Shown: positions 24,992-43,122 of the stretch, one piece after another
Layout: every line of letters starts with the position of its first letter
Position numbering within the stretch: position 1 is the first letter of the stretch
Assembly: GCA_002269645.1 (NCBI GenBank)
Contig: NIVC01002170.1
Span: 30,389-94,388 of the forward strand
Source: Macrostomum lignano
Taxonomy: Eukaryota
Length of the DNA stretch: 64,000 bases
Direction: 5' to 3'
Program-made: the position numbers and the translations under genes
Notes under the pieces: model-generated
What the model saw: the letters and a program-made list of their open reading frames with translations, nothing else
Told to the model about the DNA's origin: nothing
Database searches by the model: none

Positions 24992-26030
24992 TACAGATTT
25001 ATTTGACTATTGATTAACCGATAGTAAAAGTTGCAGGTTTTATTCTTTTTGAAATGGCTATCGCGCGTGTCTTCCAGTCTTCTTTTGCCCTCGCTTCACC
25101 CTTGTTAATTCAGTTTGTTCTGTTCTGTCTCTCTCTCTCTCTCTCCCTCTCTCCTGTCTTCCTAGCCTCCCTTTTCTTTTCTTCTTGTGGAATAGCATTG
25201 GCTGCGGTTACGTAATCTCCCTTGACTCACCTTGCCCCAAAGGCAAGTCGGAATTCTGGCCTTATTATTGGAGCCTGCACAGGGGGGGGGGGGCAGTGTA
25301 CAAATGTTGTGCGAGTCCCCGATATGACGTGATATAGCTATATGGAGTGGGAATGAGTCATATTTTCAAAGAAATATAGGCTTGCTTTCTACTGTGGAAT
25401 TACGCGATCGAGCTAATATTATACAGCTGTAATTTTAAGCACTTGAGTAATTTTATACGTAGAAGTAAAAAGAAAGATGATGGCTCGATCGATCTTTTCT
25501 AAGTTGCACACGCGAAATTTGTACGCGTGCGTCAAAATTGCTATGTCATAAATAATTGGGGGATATGCATCCAACCGTCCATAAATCTCTCTATACCTTA
25601 TACTGTTTGGTTTGCTTGCATATATATATGATAAAATAAGTCCTGATCACAATAAATGTTTCTCTCAATGTTTTTGAGATAAAAAACAATTGCTGAGCAG
25701 GCAGTTCAACAGTTTCTTGCGATGATATAGCACAATTGTCTATAGTCTATACTTTCAGTACGTGTTAAACAATGTAATTAAAGCCAAAGGCTGATAAGAA
25801 ATTCCATATTTAAATTCTTTCTTTATTCCTTATTTATATGGGCAAGAAACAGCAGGTGCACTTATAGTTGTTGAACATGCAGAAGCCTAATATTTTATGT
25901 TTAGTGCTTAAGAATAAGGTTTTCATGGGCTCATCATATTATTATTGGTGGTAGCATGGGCAAGTCAGGTGGTGGGAATGATGGAAAGCGCGTTTGGACA
26001 CCGACCGCATTGGATAGTATTGCGTGCAAA

Positions 26031-27745
26031 GGGGATGTCAACTTAAGCACCAGAATGGAGCCCGAAGTTCAGCTCCGGACCAAACCGACTGCAATCGATA
26101 ACTTGTCGGCCTAGACGACTAGAATCGCCGAGACATCCCATCCGGCTCCCTTCCTTGGGGTCCCAGGGGATAAAGGGGATAAAATGGGGATCTCATGTCA
26201 ACTTAAGGCTCTGGAATGGAGCCCGAAGTTCAGCTCCGGACCAAACCGACTGCAATCGATAACTTGTCGGCCCAGACGACTAGAATCGCCGAGACATCCC
26301 ATCCGGCTCCCTTCCTTGGGGTCCCAGGGGATAAAGGGGATAAAATGGGGATCTCATGTCAACTTAAGGCTCTGGAATGGAGCCCGAAGTTCAGCTGCGG
26401 ACCAAACCGACTGCAATCGATAACTTGTCGGCCCAGACGACTAGAATCGCCGAGACATCCCATCCGGCTCCCTTCCTTGGGGTCCCAGGGGATAAAGGGG
26501 ATAAAATGGGGATCTCATGTCAACTTAAGCACCAGAATGGAGCCCGAAGTTCAGCTCCGGACCAAACCGACTGCAATCGATAACTTGTCGGCCTAGACGA
26601 CTAGAATCGCCGAGACATCCCATCCGGCTCCCTTCCTTGGGGTCCCAGGGGATAAAGGGGATAAAATGGGGATCTCATGTCAACTTAAGGCTCTGGAATG
26701 GAGCCCGAAGTTCAGCTCCGGACCAAACCGACTGCAATCGATAACTTGTCGGCCCAGACGACTAGAATCGCCGAGACATCCCATCCGGCTCCCTTCCTTG
26801 GGGTCCCAGGGGATAAAGGAGATAAAATGGGGATCTCATGTCAACTTAAGGCTCTGGAATGGAGCCCGAAGTTCAGCTGCGGACCAAACCGACTGCAATC
26901 GATAACTTGTCGGCCCAGACGACTAGAATCGCCGAGACATCCCATCCGGCTCCCTTCCTTGGGGTCCCAGGGGATAAAGGGGATAAAATGGGGATCTCAT
27001 GTCAACTTAAGCACCAGAATGGAGCCCGAAGTTCAGCTCCGGACCAAACCGACTGCAATCGATAACTTGTCGGCCTAGACGACTAGAATCGCCGAGACAT
27101 CCCATCCGGCTCCCTTCCTTGGGGTCCCAGGGGATAAAGGGGATAAAATGGGGATCTCATGTCAACTTAAGGCTCTGGAATGGAGCCCGAAGTTCAGCTG
27201 CGGACCAAACCGACTGCAATCGATAACTTGTCGGCCCAGACGACTAGAATCGCCGAGACATCCCATCCGGCTCCCTTCCTTGGGGTCCCAGGGGATAAAG
27301 GGGATAAAATGGGGATCTCATGTCAACTTAAGGCTCTGGAATGGAGCCCGAAGTTCAGCTCCGGACCAAACCGACTGCAATCGATAACTTGTCGGCCCAG
27401 ACGACTAGAATCGCCGAGACATCCCATCCGGCTCCCTTCCTTGGGGTCCCAGGGGATAAAGGGGATAAAATGGGGATCTCATGTCAACTTAAGGCTCTGG
27501 AATGGAGCCCGAAGTTCAGCTGCGGACCAAACCGACTGCAATCGATAACTTGTCGGCCCAGACGACTAGAATCGCCGAGACATCCCATCCGGCTCCCTTC
27601 CTTGGGGTCCCAGGGGATAAAGGAGATAAAATGGGGATCTCATGTCAACTTAAGGCTCTGGAATGGAGCCCGAAGTTCAGCTGCGGACCAAACCGACTGC
27701 AATCGATAACTTGTCGGCCCAGACGACTAGAATCGCAGAGACATC
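26031..27745 (+). repeat. Left arm: ~10.6 tandem 161-bp units with 482-bp (3-unit) higher-order periodicity
   Basis: ORF starts recur every 160-161 nt. The AAGCACCAG variant occurs near 26047, 26529 and 27011. Confidence 0.95.
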
Positions 27746-28700
27746 CGCTGTGCCACTATGTTCCGCTATGTGCTGCTTTGCTGCCATTAAGCAGGACTAA
27801 TATGTTAACGAGAGGTACAAACCGTATCAGTGGCTGCCGTCAGCCGGCTTCAGTGAGCCCAGCCGATTAGACGTTGTTATCGAGACCTCGATGGCAAAGT
27901 ACAACCGGGCGCATCCAGGTTTTGAATCATTTAAACAGCTTCCACCGTCATGGACAGGGCTATTGTTGTTCGAATTCGGTCAGAATTTCATGCGCCGAGT
28001 GTTCTTGTCCAACGAACTGGACGAAATTGAGCAGCTGCACTTCAACTGTGATCTGAAGCGTGTTCCCCTGCTAACACAAGGGCATGGATTGCTGTCAACC
28101 CGCTGGATCCAAAAAGCTCGGGGTTCCCCCAATTCACACAGAGAATTTGTCAGAGGTTTCGGTGGGTCCGTATCAACTAAATCAAGCCGATGATTACATT
28201 CAAAACATTCGTGTCAAGGAGGTTCTCGGTAGCTACGAAGGTGACTCCTGGAGAGACTTTGAGTCGCTCACATCCGAACTTCCGAGCCACCTGAAGTGTT
28301 GGAAGTTTCGGCAAGAGACGCCGCTAGAAAACTGGAGCAACCTATTCGGTCGGTGGCATCCGTCTTGATTTTTCTAGCTGTCGTTTTCTCGCGCCATACT
28401 CGTAATTCGAAATCCTACCGCGTGATTCTTAGAGTGTGTGACAGCAGCAGACAATCGCTTTGGTTTTAGAGATCCAGGATTGCAACTTCTTCATGGCTAC
28501 TACTCATCAGCAAAAGCTGGAAGTAGGACTGCAGGCCGCCATTGTCATGTAATGGCAGTGCTCAAACTCCTGGGCTGCTACGCTTACCACCAAGATAGCT
28601 ATCGAAGGTCTGGTGCCAGCCTTCGCTTTGTTGATTCCGCTCTTCCACGCAGCCTTGTTGCCAGACTTTATGCCAGAGAAAATGCTTTACCACAGCAGCG
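27730..28700 (+). pseudogene. Fragmented transposase-like ORF (resembles C-terminus of DDE_Tnp_4/Harbinger-type proteins with a SWIM-like motif)
   Basis: Three partial ORFs (27891, 28084, 28438) separated by frameshifts and stops. Motif resemblance judged by eye only. Confidence 0.5.
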
Positions 28701-29159
28701 GAAGCCTACTGAGCAACAGTCTAGCGGCCAGCAAGAGGAGTTTCAGTCAGCCCAAGGAAGGGAGCCGGATGGGATGTCTCGGCGATTCTAGTCGTCTGGG
28801 CCGACAAGTTATCGATTGCAGTCGGTTTGGTCCGCAGCTGAACTTCGGGCTCCATTCCAGAGCCTTAAGTTGGCATGAGATCCCCATTTTATCCCCTTTA
28901 TCCCCTGGGACCCCAAGGAAGGGAGCCGGATGGGATGTCTCGGCGATTCTAGTCGTCTGGGCCGACAAGTTATCGATTGCAGTCGGTTTGGTCCGGAGCT
29001 GAACTTCGGGCTCCATTCTGGTGCTTAAGTTGACATCCCCTTTTGAAATTTGCACGAACTATACGAGGCCGTATATAATAGACCCTCATATAGTGGTAAG
29101 TGGTTCCAGTTTTGCCTGTTCAAAATGTATTCTTAGTCTTATTATTAAGGCTTAAAGTC

Positions 29160-29285
29160 ATGGCAGATACCAGCAGATACTGGTAGATACCATGCAGTAG
29201 ATATGGCAGATACATGGCAGATACCAGCAGAGACCAGCAGAGACCAGCAGAGACCAGCAGATACCAGCAGATACCAGCAGAGCCA
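29160..29285. repeat. Short 10-bp tandem repeat CAGCAGAKAC
   Basis: Directly visible at the 5' junction of the LINE fragment. Confidence 0.8.
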
Positions 29286-29770
29286 TTGTAATGTCGCTGT
29301 GCAGAATTGCAAAAATGACTAAGCTGAGTAGCACCACCCTCAGAATGCTGTACAGGGCATACGGAGAAAGCGCTCTCACCTATGGAGCGCCAATCCTGAG
29401 CCAAATTTGTGCGACTAACCAAATCAAATTGCAGAAAATTCAAAACCTGGCTCTCCGTATCTGCTATGGTGTGCCATCCTACATCAGCATCGAATACCTG
29501 CACAAGCTGGCAGGTATGCCGATGCTCGCAGACAGGGTCAAGCAGCTGGGGGTGGCTTGGCTGCTCTAGATGAGGGCAGCCAAGCTCCACAGCTTCCACA
29601 TTGAGCCGGAAGCCCCTCGGGCTCCGGGCCGAACCCCCGTCCTCAATGTCCTCTGGGATGCCATGAGGCGTCGGGATAGAAACAGGGGATTCCCACCCCA
29701 GGGTTAGGCTGGCCACCAGCCTCCCAAACCGGAAGTGACCACGCTCTGAAACGCAATTAATAAAACTAAA
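29283..29770 (+). mobile_element. 5'-truncated non-LTR retrotransposon 3' end (post-RT region, Jockey/I-group-like)
   Basis: LRMLYRAYGESALTYGAPI...KLQKIQNLALRICYGVPSYISIEYLHKLAG.. matches the LINE RT C-terminal pattern, followed by a 3' UTR-like segment and an AATAAAA-rich tail. Confidence 0.75.
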
Positions 29771-30630
29771 CTTGCTGCCTGAGACAGAGATCGGCTGATC
29801 TGATCAGACACTAGGACTGATTAGGTAATCTCAAGTCTCCCTGCGCTCGTTTTTTTATACTGCTCAAACTGTGTTTTTATCCAACTGCTTTTACAAATAT
29901 TCCTAATCGCTATTTTACACCTTTACTGCTAAATTCAAATATGCGCTATTGCATCTTTAATCTCTATTTTTTACTTTAATGTCTTGCTTTTATTCTCAAT
30001 AGGCCTTCAAATATCTAGCACGTATTTTTTAGATGTCCTGTTTTTATTAGATCCCTTCTTTGTGCGGGATTTCCCTCCCCTCTTTTTTATCCCCAAATGC
30101 GTGCAAAATAGTGCAAAATATTGAAAAATTAGTTTTATATATGTATTTTTATTTCAATATTCGTATAAATATTCAAATCGAAATCTGTAAATATTTTTAA
30201 TTTTTTCGATCAAATACAAAATATAACTGCGGCAGAGTTCTTCGGAACGGAACTGACCCGCGCCGGTTTCGACGGCACTTCGTTTTAACAACAAGGCCTA
30301 AAGTCGCATCGCGACGCAAAAATTTGTGAAATGGAGAATCTATACTAGCTTCACATAACCCTATTGTAAGTTACATTTATTAAATCTATTAGTAGAAGAA
30401 CATTAAAAAAATTAAGCAAAGTTTTGATTCACTGAGCAAGGAAAAATTTCAAAGAATAATTTTCCAAGAAACTAAATATTTTATACAAACTTTGCGGCAG
30501 ATTGCGATATAACTAACTACAAGTAGTGAAAAACTAAAAGTTATAGAACTAACAGACTAGCTATTAGCTAGTAAGGAGGCATCTAAGAAAACTAATTGAC
30601 AAAGAAATCAAATTTCTATAATTCGCTCTT

Positions 30631-37097
<6,467 letters not shown>

Positions 37098-37104
37098 TGC
37101 GTAT

Positions 37105-37430
37105 TGGACAAAGACTAGTGGGATTGTGATTGGAGACACTTATGGCTTAGATTGGACAAATACTACTAATGTTGAGATTGAAGAAAGACAAGTGTGATTC
37201 AGATTGGACAAAGACTAGTGGGATTAAAATTGGACAAAGACTAGTGAGGTTGAGATTGGATAAAGACTAGTAAGGTTGAGATTGGATAAAAATTGGATAA
37301 GGAACTAGTGGGATTCAGATTGGACAAAGACTAATCGGGTTTAGGGTTGAGATTGGACAAGGACTAGTTGGATTGAAATTCAACAAAGACTAGTGGAACT
37401 GAGATTGAACAAAAACTTCCAAATTAATAG
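37105..37430. repeat. Degenerate repeat TTGGACAAAGACTAGTG in the PRP18 3' region
   Basis: About 10 diverged copies visible. Confidence 0.65.
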
Positions 37431-37702
37431 ATTAACAAAAATTATGGCTGATCTAATATACTTTAAGGTTCAATATATTTAACATCACCCTTAAATCTGG
37501 CAGTGTACTCGTACCTGTAATGCACACCAAAAATCGTTTCATAGCGTGTACTTGTTCTCACTGCCAATGTATATACTCGTACAAATACAGTCAAAATTCT
37601 TGTATGTACTTTCAAATGTGTTTGTTTATCTTGATGATGTTTGTTTTTTAACACCGCGAGAAACAGCGCATCCTGCTAAGACTGTCTCACTTCCTCAGCT
37701 AC

Positions 37703-40700
37703 TCAAACAAATGAATTCTCTTGCAGCGTCGTCACGGGATCGGGCTGAGATTTCCCTCCTGCTGTAGCTGCTTCCACTGGTTCCACTGTGGAACTTTCAG
37801 TTCGTAAAATCAGCAGGCTTATGGGTGCGCCTGTTAGCTGTGGGATAGAGTGAGGGAGTGTAGGATAGAGTGAGGGAGTGTGGGATAGAGTGAGGGAGTG
37901 TGGGATAGAGTGAGGGAGTGTGGGATAGAGTGAGGGAGTGTGGGATAGAGTGAGGGAGTGTGGGATAGAGTGAGGGAGCGTGGGATAGAGTGAGGGAGTG
38001 TGGGATAGAGTGAGGGAGTGTGGGATAGAGGGAGTGTGGGATAGAGTGAGGGAGTGTGGGATAGAGGGAGTGTGGGATAGAGTGAGGGAGTGTGGGATAG
38101 AGTGAGGGAGTGTGGGATAGAGTGAGGGAGTGTGGGATAGAGTAAGGGAGTGTGGGATAGAGTGAGGGAGTGCCGGACAGAGTGAGGGAGTGTGGGATAG
38201 AGTGAGGGAGTATCGGACAGAGTGAGGGAGTGTGGGATAGAGTGAGGGAGTGTAGAATAGAGTGAGGGAGTGTCGGACAGAGTGAGGGAGTGTGGGATAA
38301 AGTGAGGGAGTGTGGGATAGAGTGAGGGAGTGTGGGATAGAGTGAGGGAGTGTGGGATAGAGTGAGGGAGTGTGGGATAGAGTGAGGGAGTGTGGGATAG
38401 AGTGAGGGAGTGTGGGATAGAGCGAGGGAGTGTGTGATAAAGTGAGGGAGTGTCGGACAGAGTGAGGGAGTGTGGGATAGAGTGAGGGAGTGTGGGATAG
38501 AGTGAGGGAGTATCGGACAGAGTGAGGGAGTGTGGGATAGAGTGAAGGAGTGTGGGATGGATATACTATCCAACCTGGCCAATCGTGTCGGCCTCCCATC
38601 TGTCCGGGCAGGCGCCGGTGTCCAGGCCATTGAGCTCCAGGACGCGGTCGCCTTGCCGAAGTCGGCCGTCTCGATGCGCCGGACTGCCGGGCGTCAAGCT
38701 GTGGACGAACAGGCCGAGTGGGGACCGCCTGGGGTGGGATGTGCGTTGGATAGTGAGGTAGATAGAAAAACAGGCAGCCGATAGTGAGGTAGATAGGAAA
38801 ACAGGCAGCCGATAGTGAGGTAGATAGGAAACATGCAGCCAGCCGATAGTGAGTTAGACAGGGAAACAGGCAGCCGATAGTGAGGTAGACAGGAAACAGG
38901 CAGCCGATAGTGAGGTAGACAGGGAAACAGGCAGCCGATAGTGAGGTAGACAGGGAAACAGCCAGCCGATAGTGAGGTAGACAGGGAAACAGCCAGCCGA
39001 TAGTGAGGTAGACAGGAAACAGGCAGCCGATAGTGAGGTAGACAGGGAAACAGCCAGCCGATAGTGAGGTAGACAGGAAACAGGCAGCCGATAGTGAGGT
39101 AGACAGGAAACAGGCAGCCGATAGTGAGGTAAACGGGGAAACAGGCAGCCGATAGTGAGGTAAACGGGGAAACAGGCAGCCGATAGTGAGGTAAACGGGG
39201 AAACGCACCTCCTGCACACCAGTCGGATCCCGAGTCTGCTTGATCCCTGACTGGGAGCAATTCGAATTCTCAATAACAGCGGCCGCCGCCGCCTCCCATT
39301 GGCTGCCGATGCCAGAGCGCGGTTTCGCTGGGCTGCTAGAAGTTCGATCGAGTAGCTACCGTTGTTGCTGACGTTTGACGCGGCGCAGACGTGGCGCAAG
39401 ATCGCAATGTCGCACTGGGAGGCGGCTGCGCCAGAGCTCAGCGCCTGTCTAGCCTCGCCATGAGTGGCCCGGGTCAGGTCGTTATCGTTCACCTTTTGTT
39501 AGTTAAAGTGCAAAATTAACTGGTTATCACCTACTTCTATATTCAGTAGCAAGTAAAGAAAACTATAACTATCTTTTGTAAGAAAGGTGAATTGAAAAGG
39601 CAGATGCGTTTGGTTTGTATCGAACTGGCAGTCACGTGACAAGTGTTGCTATCAGTTCAGGAGTAGTGTACGTTGGTTAGGCAGGCAATGTACATATATG
39701 CAAGCGGCGCGAAGATGCGGGCAATAAAAATGGGCGGGGAGACAGATAAGCGCGCCAAATTACAAAGGAATAAATTGTGAGTGAGGGAAAAAGTGATTGT
39801 ACTACTATGTTGAAAGTAGCTTAAATAGCGTATGTGCTGGGAATTGTGCAGCGCATACAACATAATAAAGTTACATAAGATTCTCAAAAGTGCAGGTGAC
39901 TAGTAATTGTTTTTCAAACCTGTAGAATGACGTCACCAGATCGCAGTCGATCGTCTCTGTCGGCCAGACCGCCTGGCATGATCTTCTGAATGAGAACGCA
40001 GCCCTGACAGGGGGGTTATAATAGCATATATATTATCTTTTAATTGTCAATACTACATTGTTTATTTTTTGCAATGAAACTTCACTCAATACTGATTGTA
40101 AGAACATTGCAAACCAGTGAGGTATCGCAGCCTCCGATGAAGCTGATTCCAGACTCCCAGTGCCGCGCTGCAGTTGAACAATGGCCGCGATGCTCGTGTA
40201 TGAGTTGGTGTCCGACTCGTCCTCTCCGTAATCGTTTAGCAGGGCATTGCTGTTAGTAGAGACATTTTCAAGCAGCCGATCCGTGCGCTGAGCTGGAAGA
40301 TTTGAGGGGCATGAAAAATGGCCAACATTGTGTCATTGCCTCAGGTGAGAAGAATGTACATAAGTGCCCGTCGGCTCATTCTCCCAGCCATAAACTTATC
40401 TATTTGCTCATTCTGCCAGTCATAAACCTTTCTATCTGCTCATTCTGCCAGTCATACACCTGTCTATCTGCTCATTCTGCCAGTCATACACCTGTCTATC
40501 TGCTCATTCTCCCAGTCATACACCTGTCTATCTGCTCATTCTCCCAGTCATACACCTGTCTATCTGCTCATTCTGCCAGTCATACACCTGTCTATCTGCT
40601 CATTCTGCCAGTCATACACTTGTCTATCTGCTCATTCTGCCAGTCATAAACCTTTCTATTGCTCATTCTCCCAGCCATAAACCTGTCTATCTGCTCATTC

Positions 40701-42611
40701 ATACACCAGTCTATCTGTTCATTCTCTCATTCATACAACAGTCTATCTGCTTGTTCTTACATTCATACACCAGTCTATCTGCTTGTTTTTACATTCATAC
40801 ACCTGTCTATCTGCTTGTTTTTACATTCATACACCAGTCTATCTGCTTGTTTTTACATTCATACACCTGTCTATCTGCTTGTTCTTACATTCATACACCT
40901 GTCTATCTGCTTGTTCTTACATTCATACACCTGTCTATCTGTTCATTCTCCAATGTATTCATTCAGCCTATAGTGAGGCACAGCCCATCTCCCAGTTCTG
41001 ACTCACCAGTTGAAGAAGACGGTCCTGCAGCTCATGGCGATCCTGAATGGCGCACGCTGCTGCAAGTCGCCCTTGCAGCGTCTGAAATATGATTTTTTAG
41101 CTATTGCCTGCGTCTTGATTGACAATTTTTAAGTTCTAGATTCTTAGAATCAACATAATCTCGATTTTTAGAAACACAATACATAATCTCTAGATTCTTA
41201 GAAATAACCAAATCTCCAGATTCTTAGCTTCGTAGAAAAGACCAATCTCTAGATCTCTAGATTTCTAGAAATAGCCGAATCTCTAGATTTCTAGAAATAG
41301 CCGAATCTCTAGATTTCTAAAAATAGCCGAATCTCTAGATTTCTAGAAATAGCCTAATCTCTAGATTTCTAAAATAGCCGAATCTCTAGATTTCTAGAAA
41401 TAGCCGAATCTCTAGATTTCTAGAACTAGCCTAATCTCTAGATTTCTAGAAATAGCCTAATCTCTAGATTTCTAGAAATAGCCTAATCTCTAGATTTCTA
41501 GAAATAGCCTAATCTCTAGATTTCTAGAAATAGCCGAATCTCTAGATTTCTAGAACTAGCCTAATCTCTAGATTTCTAGAAATAGCCTAATCTCTAGATT
41601 TCTAGAAATAGCCTAATCTCTAGATTTCTAGAAATAGCCTAATCTCTAGATTTCTAGAAATAGCCTAATCTCTAGATTTCTAGAACTAGCCGAATCTCTA
41701 GATTTCTAGAACTAGCCTAATCTCTAGATTTCTAGAAATAGCCGAATCTCTAGATTTCTAAAATAGCCGAATCTCTAGATTTCTAAAAATAGCCGAATCT
41801 CTAGATTTCTAAAAATAGCCGAATCTCTAGATTTCTAAAATAGCCGAATCTCTAGATTTCTAAAAATAGCCGAATCTCTAGATTTCTAAAAATAGCCGAA
41901 TCTCTAGATTTCTAAAAATAGCCGAATCTCTAGATTTCTAAAAATAGCCGAATCTCTAGATTTCTAGAAATAGCCGAATCTCTAGATTTCTAAAATAGCC
42001 GAATCTCTAGATTTCTAAAAATAGCCGAATCTCTAGATTTCTAAAATAGCCGAATCTCTAGATTTCTAAAATAGCCGAATCTCTAGATTTCTAAAAATAG
42101 CCGAATCTCTAGATTTCTAAAATAGCTAATCTCTAGATTTCTAAAAATAGCCGAATCTCTAGATTTCTAAAAATAGCCGAATCTCTAGATTTCTAGCCTA
42201 ATCTCTAGATTTCTAGCCTAATCTCTAGATTTCTATAGCTCTCTAGATTTCTAGAAATAGCCTAATCTCTAGATTTCTAGAACTAGCCTAATCTCTAGAT
42301 TTCTAGAAGTCTCTAGATTTCTAGAAATAGCCTAATCTCTAGATTTCTAGAATCTCTAGATAGCCTAATCTCTAGATTTCTAGAAATAGCCTAATCTCTA
42401 GATTCTTAGAAATAGCATAATCTCTAGATTTATAGAAATAGCCTAATCTCTAGATTTCTAGAAATAGCCTAATCTCTAGATTTCTAGAATTAGTTGAATC
42501 TCTAGATTCTTAGAAATAGTCTATAATCTCTTAGATTCTTAGAAAGTCGTCCTAACTCACCTGCAGTGTCCCGCTGTACCAGGTGCAACCTCTAGCGATC
42601 TGTCCATCAGC
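37703..42611 (-). CDS. Multi-PDZ protein, 3' part (MPDZ/PATJ-like); complement join(42561..42611?,41007..41081?,40115..40287,39920..40003,39209..39492,38575..38728,37703..37837)
   Basis: PDZ A: IVQLQRGTGSL[fs]GISFIGGCDTSL|GCVLIQKIMPGGLADRDDRLRSGDVILQ|VNDNDLTRATHGEARQAL. PDZ B: IRIAPSQGSSRLGIRLVCR|RRSPLGLFVHSLTPGSPAHRDGRLRQGDRVLELNG...|LTGAPISLLILR. The GGxDTxL-GxI tandem pattern resembles MPDZ PDZ10-11. The two 5'-most exons are tentative and the start was not found. Confidence 0.78.
37838..38560. repeat. Intronic 20-bp minisatellite GGGATAGAGTGAGGGAGTGT (~36 copies)
   Basis: Directly visible. On the transcript strand the last unit forms the acceptor CTCACTCTATCCCACAG. Confidence 0.97.
38745..39208. 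repeat. Intronic 30-31-bp minisatellite CAGGCAGCCGATAGTGAGGTAGACAGGGAAA (~15 copies)
   Basis: Directly visible; runs from the donor to the branch-point region. Confidence 0.96.
40375..40960. repeat. Intronic ~32-bp minisatellite (ATCTGCTCATTCTGCCAGTCATACACCTGTCT grading into ATCTGCTTGTTTTTACATTCATACACCWGTCT)
   Basis: Directly visible; two related subtypes. Confidence 0.9.
41150..42545. repeat. 26-bp minisatellite AATCTCTAGATTTCTAGAAATAGCC(G/T) rich in TCTAGA palindromes
   Basis: Directly visible, ~50 copies. Confidence 0.95.
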
Positions 42612-43122
42612 CTGCATTGGGGCAGAGAACGGAACTGTTTAAGCCTGTACTAAATTGGCTAGTACAGGCGCACCATAAACTACCTTATCTAGAAGCAGGC
42701 GCCGTTGAAAAGTCAGTAACTGTTATGCAAAGACGCAACGCTTGACTGCATTTATTATTAAAAGCCAGTCAAAAAACACTGCACACCCAGTGGTTCCCCT
42801 CTCTTTCCAGACGCCTGCCTGAAAATCGTCTTCAGGGTGGTTTCCATTGACACGGCGCATGACCAGCAGATGGGTTTCTGGTTTCTTCTCCACTTTCAAT
42901 TTTTGGCCACTATTCAACTTCTGTTCAGATCTGCTTCTTCTGGTTCAGAGGCGTGTCCTCCTGGTCTGTCTGTCTGTCTGTCTGTCTGCGTGTCTGTCTG
43001 ACAGAAACAAACTGGCAGCAGCTGATGCAGGCTGCATGATAACAGAAGCCGGAGTGTTGCAAGCCAAGGAGACCGTTGACGAAAGCCTGGGATCCCCTGG
43101 AGGCGCCAACCTCTTCCTAAAC

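Larger units (their letters stand above)
26031..29040 (+). mobile_element. DNA transposon with tandem-repeat TIRs (161-bp units) and a degenerate transposase C-terminus; Spy/PHIS-like
   Basis: Ends GGGGATGTCAACTTAAGCACCAGAATGGAG / CTCCATTCTGGTGCTTAAGTTGACATCCCC are perfect inverted repeats. Flanks read GCAAA | TTTTG with no TSD. Central broken ORF carries EVSVGPYQLNQADDY and GYYSSAKAGSRTAGRHCHVMAVL. Superfamily assignment is inference. Confidence 0.75.

Noticed and set aside
26055-27870. Family of short repeated ORFs (MEPEVQLRTKP..., GDKGDK collagen-like)
   Set aside because: These are translations of the 161-bp TIR unit; the frame shifts each copy and there is no sustained Gly-X-Y pattern.
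37703-39217. 504-aa ORF
   Set aside because: It reads through two minisatellite introns. Only its last 44 codons are the true final PDZ exon, and the PDZ motifs are in another frame.
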